The translations under genes and the position numbers were made by a program. Shown here in pieces: positions 13,337 through 26,500 of a DNA stretch of 64,000 bases. Each line of letters opens with the position of its first letter. Positions within the stretch are counted from its first letter, which is position 1. The stretch is from Phallusia mammillata (taxonomy: Eukaryota), in contig OZ281501.1 of assembly GCA_965637545.1 (NCBI GenBank), positions 13,702,001 through 13,766,000 on the forward strand, read 5' to 3'. The notes below the pieces were generated by a model that was given only the letters and a program-made list of their open reading frames with translations, searched no databases and had not been told where the DNA came from.

Positions 13337-16300
13337 ATGGGAGCAGAAGAAAGTAAACTTGCGCACCAGAAGCACAAAGAGCAAAGTAAAACAAAATACA
13401 AATCTCCAGATGTAAAGTCCAATTTACATTCTCCTGATTTTAAACCTCCCTCATCGTCCCAGCCTCCAAGAAGGAGCTTGTCCCTTGAGAGGGAGCAGGA
13501 AAACAAGGAAAATAGACAAAAGGAATATTACGACCCAAAAAGAGAAAGAAGAGAAAATCGGAAAGAAGAAGAGGAATCACGTAGAAGGCATCGAAGATCT
13601 AATTCCGATTCAAGTGTTTTTGTGACCAAAGAATCAAATCGTGATCGAAGAAGAAAACGTTCCCCAAGAAGAGAAAATGAACGAGAGCATAGGAGTAGGA
13701 ATGAACGAAGGCGATCTCCCCGTAGGAAAGAGGGAAGAGACTCTCCAGACCGCCGGGATAAAGATAAAAGCAAAGGACAAAAGAAAAAGAAGCGCCGCGA
13801 TAAAGACAAGGCCACGAGCGGTGACAAGAATGTCAAGAATAAAACGGGTAATTCACAGGCAAATATTTGCATAACTACGGAATGTTAGGTGTGGTTACAA
13901 TATGCAATGGTGCTTACTGGCATTGTTTGCACGCTTATAAAAGGTTCGCCTTACGAAACTACGCGTTCTTATGGAAGAATCCAGTTAATAATTAAAAGCC
14001 TGATTGTTTGTATACACCCCTTACGTAGATGCGAGCCAATGGGTTTTGCGCTCTACGACGACGCAAAACAAATAAAGGCCGATTTTCGTTTCCTTCTACG
14101 TCACGTGATTAGGTATTTTAGACAGAGTAAAAAGTGCTAAAAATAGAAACCAAGACCATGCAAGAATTTAAGCCTCTTTTACATTTTTTTACACGTGATA
14201 TTTCTTATTTGTTGAACATTGTCCATTATAGCTGACATTTGTGCGTTTTTTAAGTCATTTGTAATTCACAGACGATGTTTTTAAAGAAGAAAGGGTTGAC
14301 CCTGTTGTAACATCACCAAAGTCGGATAAACCTAAAGCATCAAGGGAAGGCAAGCGCGAAAAGGGAAGAAAAAAGAAGAGAAAAGAGGTATCAACAATAA
14401 TCCAAGCGTTTTAGGTCTTGCTAAATCCAGTGTGCATTGATTTTGGTCAACCAAAACATGAATACGCCTGGGACGTTACAACGATATCGTCACTGGCAAA
14501 TCCAATCTGCCTAGATCAATCAATATCAAATATATCACGTGGGTTTTATAGCCCAATTTCATACCAGTTTAAATATTATACGTCGGACGTACCTTTATAG
14601 AGATTCATAAGGTCAATTTAACAAGACTTTTTATTGCGTCCCTGTTTCAAACCTGTCCTACGAATAAAGGTTAACGTTTCCGGGACAAGCTATAAACACT
14701 ACAGTTTGCCTGAGTATGAAAGGACAATGTCAAACCGAAACCAACACTGCATTGCTTAACATTAATTTATTTAAAATATTGCAGGGTTTAGACAAAACCA
14801 ACGCAGCTTACCACAGTGTACCGGATTTATCCAAAATCGATGACACAAAGGTTGGGGCGTGGCTAAATGCTGGGGGGCATTTCTGGCCACCTGAAGGCGC
14901 ACAACCATCTACTCCTTGGCAGGGTCAACCATTTCCGTAAGTACTACATATAAATTTGATTTTAAATTCTAACCAAATAGTCGTCAGTAGTTGCAAACTT
15001 TATGAATCAAAGTGTGTAAACTTTAATGAATCTTTAAACATTTTTAGCGGTTGTATGGTATTATTTAAGCAATGTGTAAAAAAGTAATCTGGCTATAACC
15101 TGAAACTCAGAAAAAGGTTTTAAGGCAATAAAATGCATTTGGAAGATTGCATAGGTTGTGGGAATTGAACGGAAAGTCGTGCAATGCGATTGCAATTGTA
15201 TGTGTTTCCCACACGACGCATTGCAACTCAAATCTTTTTCCGTGCTATAAAACCTGGTTTGGAGAAAAAAAAAGAATAAATGGAGAACCATAACCCTAAC
15301 TGCTTTGTCCATTACACTGCTGGGACGAATTTATAGCTCTATTTTCCTTTTAGGTTTCCGTTCCCAGGCTACATTCCCACGCAAGCTCACGTCGTCAACG
15401 ATGAAGAAGGTATAAGTCAACACCCTATCGTCGATGGTTTGGGTTACCCTATTGCACCCATGTATCCGGCAAGTAAGTAAATTCACAGTTCAAAAGTCAT
15501 AAACACATATTCATTTGTATAAACTGTTGCTGCCAGGCATAATATATAAACTTAATGATGCTCCTCTGACAAATGTATTGTTCAACCGACGTTTCAACGT
15601 CCTGCTCAGGTCGACTTCAGGGTGAAACGAACCCAATAGTAAAAACGGCAATTAACAAAACGAAAAAGGGCGAAAAACGTGTACGGTCTGATAACCGCAA
15701 AGATAATAAACACAAGGACTTCGAATCACATGCCTTTAAGCAAATGCAAGCAGAGATGAACACGTCCGTTAATGAAGGCGACCTGAATAGGACGTTGAAA
15801 CGTCGATTGAAACAATACATTTGCCAGAAGAGCACCATTAAGTTTAAATAATTATTTGACAAAAATAGGGAATTTTAATGGCAGAAATCCAGTCTGAAAA
15901 TGACCAAGTCCAGGATTTGCTTTTTTCTTATCACTTCTTGAAACAGATAGACTCTGTGATCGTTAATATTATCATGCCTACTGTCAGAAGGACATATCTT
16001 GTAAAAAGCATTTTAAATTCACTGCTTTTAATCGCATTTTTTGCTTTTTGTTGCAGTGATGGGCGGTGGAAGCCCAAACGGAACCCTACGGAGACCCAGA
16101 TCAGAAATATTGTAAGTATAAATTTTGTGAGAAACAATAAAAAATAATTTAGTCCTTTCAAGTTTGTAAAAAAAAAAATATAATATAATATAAAAAAAAA
16201 AATATATAATGACTAAAAAAAAATAATTTAGTCCTTTCACTTTTTTAAAGCAAGACAATTAAGTTGTGTTTTGTTTTGCTTTTCAGCTCTGGTTCACCAC

Positions 16301-19300
16301 AGCAGTTCGGTGGTTCCCCGTACTTCACAGTTCCATACCCTTATGCATATTTTAACCCCCTTTACTTCCAAGATCCGTCCTTGCTTCCAAATGATACCAC
16401 GACCGATCGGAAGTAAGATTATGCGTAAATTAGGTTCAGTTGAAATGTATTATTGTTGTTTGGAATTTCATTCAAAAATTTCATATTATATTTGCCAAAA
16501 AAGCGTAGTAGAGTTACAACATTTTTTATTACAAACAAAGAGATAAAAAGTTTTTTTGGCTAAATAGGTTTTGACCAATGCTTTTTCGAGCTGTTATACA
16601 TCTATGCATAACCTTTATTTCTCAGTTCACAAATGTTACTTGTTATTACTGAATCGCCCATGTTTGTTTTAGATCGAAGCATCGCAATCGTAGTAGATCA
16701 CATGATCATGATGTAACAGAGCCAATGGAGCGTCACAACAAGAAAGACGGAAAACATGTAAGCAGCCACAGTTTGTTGATTGCGCCACACATTACGCGAA
16801 GTTAGCAAATTGCACACAATTATTTTCACGTACCCGGCCTTTGAAAGTTATTGATGCTAATAGCGTTGGTGGTTTAAATTACAAAAGAACAATGAGTGGC
16901 AGTTTTCCAGTGTTGCTTATGTAAATACGATTTGGAAAGTGTAGTCATAGCTTGATTCTAAATAAATATTTACCTCAATTGATCCATAATGCTGATGCGT
17001 TTGTTTAGCAACGGAGTTTGGAAAAGACTTTTCAGTTTCTCATGGCTACCAAGTGTTTTTAAAAAGCTTTGCGTTCTAAAAATGACTTTGTTTGTACCTT
17101 TACGTAATTGGTCAACTTAATGGCTTATCCGACACTACAAGTGGCTGTTTTATGTTTACATAGAAAAAGGACTCGAACAGACACCAACAGAATGAAACAA
17201 ATGAGGTTGATCCCACCAAAAGTGAACCGACTTATCGAGCGAATCAAGCTATCAACGTGGATGACGTCAAACTTGCTTCCGTCATCAGCAAACACCAACG
17301 GATCCCCTCCCCACTAATTTCCAGTTCCTCCAGTGATCAATCAGTGAGTGGATCGTCACTTAATGACGTCCTAATGGAAGACGAACGCGCTGTAGCGAAA
17401 TCAGACGAGGTGCGAGTATTTCAACCTGTTTCCAGCAGGGAGGTATTTATTGATGACGCAACCCCCGCGAACAGTGCGCCCCCTGGTGACAATGATGAAA
17501 GTAAGAGCGCCTCAAGTGTAAGCTCTGAAAGTTCCACTTCCAAAGATAGTGACGTCGTGGTTCCGTCTGTAGTTTCGAAACGCGGTGACGCAAGCCCACG
17601 AAGTAAGAACTGTTTTGCATTGATTTGAAAATATGTCTTTATTCAAATATGTTCTGCTTATGTTTAGGTGAAAACCCGCCTCCAATGATGACGTTATGCG
17701 AGAAAGAATCAATCGTGGCCACGTCATTTCTCACCGATGGAGGAAAGGTGTTCTGTCTCACTAGATCAAAAAGTGATAAAACATCGGCTAACAAAGAAAA
17801 TAAAATTTCCAACCCAGCATCTGTCAGTGATGCAAAGGTAACATTTTGAAAACGTTGCTTAATAGGCACCAAAAAGGTGACAGTAGCGACGCACTTACTC
17901 CTTCATTGATATCCATCGTTACTGATGTATTTTCTCTATGCGGTGATATGAGGGATCGTCGTTTCTATTTTCTTAAACAAACTTTTGTGTGCAAAGTAAT
18001 CGCTATCCGTTTTTGGCCTTTCTATAAAATAGCTGATTATAATTTCGATTTCAACTCGGTTTAGCAAGCAGCAGCAGAGGAGGAAGCGAGAAAAGAAAAG
18101 AGAAAAAGCGCAGGAACATGGTTTGGCCTCACAGGATCACCTCCCGTTCCTCGGGTGCAAAATCAAGCAAAGCCACCAGTCGTTGTAGCTCGCACTACGA
18201 CACAGGTAGTAAAACCCACAATCAAACCTACAACCCAGGTCACTACCAACCAAAAGGATCTAGCCGAAGGTCGCCTCTTTACTGCCTCGTCCAGGTCCGC
18301 AGTTACTGCTCAAGCCAACGTTCGACCTGTGCCCCCTCCAGTAGCACCGAAGCGGTTTACACGTCGTCCAAAAACTGAAAATGCTGAGTCAGCAATAACG
18401 CCGCAGATCAATGTGTCAGCGTTGCCATATCGTTCAATAGGCGAATACAGGGAGCTTCAAAAACACGGACAGATCTTAAGTCCTGAGCTAGAGAAAGTGC
18501 CAAACGTTGTGACTCCACCCTATCACAGTTCATCACGCACCAGTAGCACAGGTAACTTGTCGTTCGAAGTTGATACGTCATCGTCAGACAGTGATGACGT
18601 CATGTATCGAAGCAACAGCAGCCTGACGAACAAGCTGGTGCGAATTGACAGTCACGATTCTCTGACAATGAGAAGGAGAATTCGGACTCACCGTAGACAT
18701 TCGCAGAACGAGGGACCTTCAAGTTTTGATCGAAGGGCAACTATTGGATCCATTTCGCAAAACGACCTTTTGAAGGCCCATTCAGGCGTGACGGGACCAG
18801 AAACGCGCTCGAGCGAAACCGTAACGTCACAACCAGACACAAACCCATTCAGAAATTCGGATTCATCGGATATCGCTCCTTTCCTTAGCCGAGCCAAGAG
18901 CGAGGAAGTATTAAAAGATAACCTGCACAAGTCTTCCGAAGAGTTGATGCTCAAGTGGTCGCCACGACAACGGAAGGAAACTCTGCAGGAGCGAGCGGCA
19001 AGGATTCTTGGGCTGAGTTCGCAACAACTTGCCGATGCAAAGAAAAAGCAAATGCAGCAGCAGGATCCTACACCGCAGCAAAACGGAACGAAGTCTGCCT
19101 CGAAACCAAATGATGTCACCACCAATGACGCGGGTCCAGAGTCCGAGTCTTTTGCGGTCAGCGTGACATCATCCATGATAGAGAAGAGACATGAGCAATA
19201 TCACGTCAGAGACTTGGAAAATGGTTTCGAAAGCGAAGACGACGTAAGCGCCATATCTGACGACTCGACGGCGACACCTACCGATGCAACAGAGCACAGC

Positions 19301-20632
19301 GTTCCGTCGATTGATGGCGATACGTATACTGTTCACGTGAGCAATTCGGTGCTAGACGCTGAGGTGCCTTGTAACGTAAAACCGCACCCACATAGTAACG
19401 CTCCCGCGACAGAGTACAAGATCCCTGACGATTTGTCAAACACGAACGGCAACAGTGATAACGGCGATACATCAGATGACGCGTCTGATTGGTCAGAGGA
19501 AGATGTCGGGGTCAGCGAGGGTCAAGCGCGCATCGTGGCCAGTTACTCAAACAATATTTATGCAAACACACCGACGGGCTCAAACATCAACAGCAGAGAG
19601 TTCAGCGATGAAACGACTGAAAGCGAAAGCGTGGGAACGCACCCTTCCGCCGTGGATAAAACTCCGAATTTCTACCGCGCCAAAACGAGCGACCCTGGTG
19701 CGGAGCAACGACCTCGACCGACGTACCACAAACGTTTGGTTGAATCCCCAGTGCCTGTAGCTTCACATAGCGCCCCACTGACACCAGAGGAGCTAGACAT
19801 TGTTATGCAGTTGTACAACAGTGCAGACGAGACAGGATCGAACGGCAGCGATGACTCCAAGAGTCGGAATGCAGGGGGAGTTAGCAAGGAAGATTGGAAG
19901 AAAAAAGTTGCGAATGCAATTGGTTACAACCTGGACCGCCCTCGTGCGCCACCACGTGCCAGCCCGAAACTGGAACGAGTAGAAGATTTTGAGATTAAGA
20001 TGTTTCCTGGGAGTACACCGTCTCCAAGTTATGCACAATCTCCGACGACACAACCAAAGGAGAAAAAAGGTAAGGTTTTAGTTGTAAAATTGTAGTAAGC
20101 TGTGTACAGGGGTCTACAATGACATGCAGCCAAGTTTGCACACTCCTTGAATTTGTAACGTTGGTAGTTCTGTATAAATCTGAATTATGATCACATTAAA
20201 AGTCTTTGAGTAAAATTATTGTAGTTTCATACACTACAAATGTGGCGTGGTAACGATTGTAAAATTAACAGTGAATGAATATGGAAATATCTGACTTAAG
20301 TATGGAAGGGCAAGGCTACAACATAACAAACTTACGTGCGTCAAAACAGGCCTAATCTTGTGTACGCTGTTTTGTAGCATCTATAAACAGAACGCAGGTG
20401 TCTAATGTTAATAGCTTGAAGGCAAAATCTCTTGTTGTTGTTATGAATTGGAAAAGTTCAATGGAAAAGATACGACCGTGAATCAAGACCTTTATCTATT
20501 CGAAACCATATTGAAATGTCACAGCTCAAAAACAACAGCCAATTTGGTGTTTTATGATTTCTAGGTGACGTCATTGAAGCCATGCAGTCGGTCGGATTAG
20601 ACCCGGAGCAGTCTTGGGTAGTTTCACTGTAA
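13337..20632 (+). CDS. Uncharacterised ~1281-aa low-complexity (Arg/Lys/Glu/Ser/Pro-rich), largely disordered protein
   Basis: 11 exons join in frame: 13337-13847, 14272-14387, 14785-14936, 15354-15472, 16057-16111, 16287-16412, 16673-16757, 17164-17602, 17668-17837, 18065-20069, 20565-20632 (TAA); total 3846 nt. These include the 183-aa and 646-aa ORFs of the track. No globular domain recognised. The start codon and last exon are less certain. Confidence 0.85.
15571..15822. repeat. Inverted-repeat element whose two ~55-bp arms carry degenerate hammerhead-like motifs (intron 4 of the low-complexity gene)
   Basis: Left arm reverse complement: ctgaagtcgacctgagcaggacgttGAAACGTCggttgaacaatacattt. 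Right arm on +: atgaaggcgacctgaataggacgttGAAACGTCgattgaaacaatacattt. Confidence 0.7.
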
Positions 20633-23578
20633 CCGGGTCACCTATTTTAAAACACCCGCTAATTGTAGCCTGTCAAAACTACAATGGCTGAAAGTTTTAG
20701 ACCCTATCACAGTTTTTATGGTTTTGTCTTTCAACGTAAACTTTTTACAACTGAACCAATATTTTCGAACTGTGGCACCGGTTTAACGCACGCCCTTGGT
20801 CGCTTAAGCCTTAAAATGTCCAAGGGCAATTAACTACGTGACACAAGGAAAGGAACAATGTGTGTAGTATAAAAAACGGCTTGCGTGCAGCTATACTTTG
20901 AATATCATGTTCACTTCTTGTGCGATTATTTACACTACATTTAACTAAGGGTCTTTGTATTTATTTGCTGATTATTGAAATGATTGGGACATACACAAAG
21001 GTTTCAATTCTGTCACAGACCCTAACAGTCAATAATTTGAGGCTGTATGTTATTGCTATGCTTATTGGTTGATGGTAGCACACAGCCGCACACAAATCCT
21101 CTCTTCCGCAAAACGTGTAATTCAGAACAAAAACGGTCATTTTTGTTTCCCAAATCGATTTAGGCACCATGTGACGTCAAGAGTATGGTTCTGACGCATT
21201 TGGCGCCCGGAGGTATGGAATTTAACGTTTCCTGGCGTCTTGGTGTGATAAAATCTTATAAAGAAAACAGATTTCTGACGTAACGCCAATTATATTACTG
21301 ATGTATTTTTCCTGTTAGGAAGTTTCAATTGAGAGAAAATTGTGTTTTTGTATTTAAGGTTGTTTTTGTATAAAAAATGTTTTTCACTCAATATTGTGCA
21401 CTGATGAACCTTTAGGTTTAAAATTTCAAAAAGGACCTATTAATATATTATTATTATTGCTTTGATATATTGGCCATGGAAAAAAAACATGGTGGTAAAT
21501 CCACCTCAATTTTTTCAATGAACTTTTCAAAGTTAAAAGCTCATCTCACTTCTATGCAAAAGTTATTATCCCTTATTTGTGTTTGTGCTGTGCCATCCAG
21601 GTGAACTCTTTCAATACTGATTTGTGAGATAATTTACTGAATCAAAATTGTACGTACTTGATCGGTCCATCGATTGTTTCTCTCTGTGATGCAGTCCCTT
21701 TAAAACTTTTTTTTCATTTTATTCTGCGCAAGGTTAATCGATGTATTTATATCAACAAATTTTATAACCACGTTTTTATAGGCTTACCATATCTTCACTC
21801 ATGTATTTTTTGCTTTTCAATGTTCCCACCGCCTTATGTTACGCACACGTTTAATCTCTCTTCAATACAACCGCCAAAGCACACGGATGTACCTTTGACC
21901 TAACATGACCCTGAACTTGACCTTACGTTGGTAGCATTAAAGCAGGTGTGAGGTGAAGAAGTTTAGACCACTTGTGGCAACGCAGGATTTTGTCGGTTAA
22001 TAATAGGTGGATATTTTATCTGGCACATATTTTTGAGTCCAACAAAAGTCATTGACTTCGTGGGTAACATTTATCCTGTCATAGAAGACCGGTTTAAATC
22101 GTGCAAAGAAGTTTCTGGTATTACTAGTGGTTGTGGTTTTAAAAGGTGCCAACCTCTTATAAAAAGGAAGACGCAGTTTAAAACTTTGTCCTGTGACCAT
22201 CTAAAGCCACAAAACTAAACTTTACAAACAGCCAACAACATTTTTGCGCATGCTACGTGTAATTTATATTATTGACTGCACAAAAATGGTCCAATGGCTG
22301 TTACTGTTAATGTCTTTTTAGATCCAAATTATTTAAGTGCAGTTGTAGGCTAAGTTCTTTTACGTGGTTACTGACATCAAAAAAATAGGATATTTTTCTT
22401 GTTGCGCTTGGACGTTAGCAAAGTGTTTGTCTGCAGCTGCAAATCTATTAATAGGGTTACATAGGCGTCAAAAAATTCACTATGCCGTTTTGTTTTGAAT
22501 GGATATTTTATAATTCCACGTGTCGCAGTTTTGCACCGGGTTTAGTGTAAACGTTTGCCAATACCGATTTAAAACTCATCTCTTTGCCATTTTGTCTACT
22601 GGATAGTGAATGCGAGGTTGTCGTGTTGGATTTGTAAATGGATATTATATAATTTCATGTGAAACAGTTAAAAACATGGTTTAGTGTAACTGTTTGCCAA
22701 AACCAATTAGCAACTTATCATTGAACGCAATTAAGTACTTTGCACCAAACTGCAAACTTGCAAATCGCTTTGTAACGTAAATTCCCGATTCTTCGGAACA
22801 AAAACGCATACACCTGCTAACATTTGGACGCGACGCCAAAACAACAATATTTTGACCGCTGTTGTACCTTGCACGGCTCAGGTTTTGAACTACACCAACG
22901 CTTGCAACATTAATATCAACGCCGCAGGCCAACTTTTGAATTACGGGATACTGACGCCCTGGTTTTATCCGCTAAACTGCCTAGCATTTGACAAGGTACA
23001 AAACTCATAGACTTGGGCTCATTTTCTTAACCATGCTGTAACATTTGCCCCAAGCACATGCAATTGCATATAGCGTAACTATGAAGTGCAATAGAGACTT
23101 CACTAAGCATCATTTTGACCTTACTTTTGTAAACACAATTACAATAGAAATACAAGTAACGTTTAATGCATCAACCGGCACGAAAAACAAATGACGACAT
23201 GTACGTAAAAAGGAAACCGTGAACCACACCTTGGTTTGGTTGTGTTAGGTGTTAATTGGTATGCTGAAATTTGTTTTTGATTTTTACGTAAATACTGTTT
23301 ATTTACTTAGTATTGGTCAGTTATTTTAGAGACAGAATCTAACAGTTCGCAAAAACAAACCGTTTTGCTATTTGGTTAAAGATCGATCATAAAGAGACTT
23401 AAACACGCAAATACGTAAACAAGTGCCCAAGCTTAAATAATGAACCGCACAAAAAGCGATAGAAAATGTGTAAGAACAAAAAAGCAAAATGTCAGCATAG
23501 GCGTTTAGTTAAATACTATGAGCTTAGCAATGTCAAGCAAAAAATGTAAAAAAAACGAAAGTAAAAAACGGCGTACTA

Positions 23579-26500
23579 TCACGGACAGGTTGTTAAACTG
23601 CAATCCTTCTCTTCATACACAAGTGTGTTGTTTAAACACACTGAATCTCCACCTGATCGGCATCTGTAATAACAAATGTAAACTTAATTATCTTTAAGTT
23701 GACTTTTTCACAAAAACCTGAAAGGAATGCTTCTTAATAATGAATAATGATATATATTCACTGAAATGTTAATATTGGAATGTATCTTTGTAACATTATT
23801 GTATGTACTGTTTTTTTTCAAATCTCCGTTGCAGCAAGCACTCTTATGTAGTTTTACGTCCGTGTGCAGATTCTTTTAAAGATATCATGTGCACTAACTA
23901 AACGTATTCAAATTTAGCACAGCAAAGATTACAAATTCTTTGAAAATACCTTTTAAGGTTGTATGCTAATCAAAGATGAAAGTGGCATGTTTATAGTTCA
24001 AATACCAAGTTTGTTGCTGTGTTTTGAATTCGTACCGAAAAGCGAAATCGAAATTAGAAAGACGCCGCACGTATTATTAATATCAACTGACTGGTTGCTC
24101 ACAATTATCATCAAATCTTAAATGTTATGCGACAGCCTTAATAACCCAGTTTACATGATAAATATATTGCACCAGTCTGTGACATCTCTTGGTGCACAGC
24201 ACGTATATACAAGGTTGAACTTTAGGTTGAGTTTTGTAATCATATTTGCCTTTTAACGAGTTTAAAGCGATATTTCAAGGTATTTTCAAGTGGTTATCCA
24301 AAAAGAAATGAATAAGTGAAATGCTTTAAAATGTGTTTGATTTGGCGGGATGTATGTGCGTCCAATGCAAATCTAACTTTTACTTTATAATAGTCCAACT
24401 GTAAATCTTAAATACAAAACAGCCCATGCAAAACATATATGGAGACAGCAGTACATTGAAACTCATTTGTTAAATGTTAAGCTTCTGAAAGTGGGCTAAA
24501 AAGCTGTTGTGTTTTTTTTATTATTGCCAGTGAAATCGCTTAAAGCAGAAATAAAATTGGTGACGCAGTCGACATTCGGCAACCATTTTGTGGCTTAGGT
24601 CTATGCCTTTCAAAGTCGAATTGCAAAACCAACATTTTTGAAACAAAAACTCAAGTCACATACCTCATTCGCACTGAAGAACCTCGACCACACGAAGCAT
24701 TACAACTTGACCAATCCGTCCATCTCATCCAAGATACACAAGCTTGGTCATCTGACCCACATGGTGTTTCCTCCATTCGAAGGCCTGGACACCGACCAGA
24801 GTTAGTCTGTGAAAAAGGTTTACATAATTTACAAAAGTAATAAATAACTCCTTAAAAAACACTGGACATCTCTCAAATCAAGCTTAAAATTTCCGCACCA
24901 AAAAGTTGTAAAAACAAAAAAGTAGATTAGGGATTCATGTCAAAAAATGAGTAATCACACTATTTCATTTTTTTAAAATTCCTTGCAAGTTTATCTAAGA
25001 GTATATGTACGATAAGTTTCTAAATAACCCAACAGCTACAGACTTAGTGGTATTCAAAATGGTAAACTGGGCTGGAAGTAAGTTATTGTTTTTTTTCCTA
25101 TCTTACCAGGCCAGATTGACCGAAGCAGAACCGTTTTCGTTTCCTTGTTCCTCTTCCACAAGTATTTGAACACGGGGAATATTCTGACCAAGTTGTCCAA
25201 GCATAGAAATCACCGAGGTCTGATCAACAACAAATATGATACGGATTATGGTTACTTGAGAATCTTTAAGCTTTTTGAGGCTGGCGGGCAGACCATAATA
25301 CGAAAATCTGAATCGAGTACATCTAATTATCTAATTTGAGGGTTTGGAAAGGGGTATTTAATTGCAAATTACCAGGTTAGGATGAAAGATGTAACTTTGC
25401 CCCTGGCAGTGTTTGAACCTTGTGCGTGTGACATTTCACATGTTATTGGTCGTCATTATTTACTGAAAACACAGTTTTGTAGGATTTTACCGATTTTAAG
25501 AAATTGAAAGATATTTTGCTAAGGCATGAGTATACGTATCCCATTAACTTACAGATATATAAACAAACATGGCTTACCGGGGCATTCCTGTCCATTGCAT
25601 ATTGAAGACTGCGTGGTCATTGCTCCTATAAATATCTCTTCACATACTCCATTTGGAAGAGGTATCTTGTTCGTCCCACGAAACACGCAATTTCGTGTTC
25701 TTTGCATCTTTCCTGATCCACAGGTGGTAGAGCACTCGCCCCAATTACTCCAACTCTCCCACGTGGCCCATGTCAAAGAGGTTTGTCCAGGACATGAACC
25801 ACGCCTGCACGGCTGAGTTTCAACCCATGTTCCATTGCAGACTTGAGGATCAGCTTTTACTCCGTTCTTAATGCAAATACGCCGGCGCTTTTGAATTCCT
25901 GTTCCGCATGTAAAGGAGCAGGACTCCCAAAATCCCCATTCTGTCAGAAAGATGCAATCGTTTCGGTAGCAGGTCTCGAGTTTACTACTGCGACCCATGC
26001 ACTGCTCAGGCTCCACTGGGTTCTCGTTGTGTAAGCACACCCTGTGTAAGATTTGATTGCCAGCGCTGCCACACTCGGCTCTGCAACCTCCGTATTCGCT
26101 CCAGTGGCCCCAGTGAGAGCATAACTTTCCCGTACATGATCTTTCTTCATCTTCGTTACCCCGACATATGAACCCATCCACAACGTTATATTCATACACA
26201 CAGTCCCGTTTGCGTTTCTGAACACCATCACCGCATTTGCTCGAGCACGTGCTCCACTCATTCCAGCTCGTCCAGGCGATCTTTTTTGAAACGCAGCTAT
26301 TCCCGGAGCAAGGCTCGATCTCCAGGTGGTCGCCTTCGCAATTGGACAACAACTGACTGTTACGGAGTAGAGACTGTTGCAAAAGACATTCGCGATATCG
26401 TAGACGATTTCCTTGCCCACATGATGCAGAACACGACTCCCAAGAACCCCACGGACCCCAGGCGCTGTTCTCAGGCCCAAAAAGCACATCGGAAGGCGTG

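Noticed and set aside
18688-19176. 162-aa antisense ORF, and similar ones at 13528-13872 and 25944-26615
   Set aside because: They are antisense or alternative frames of real exons with low-complexity codon bias.
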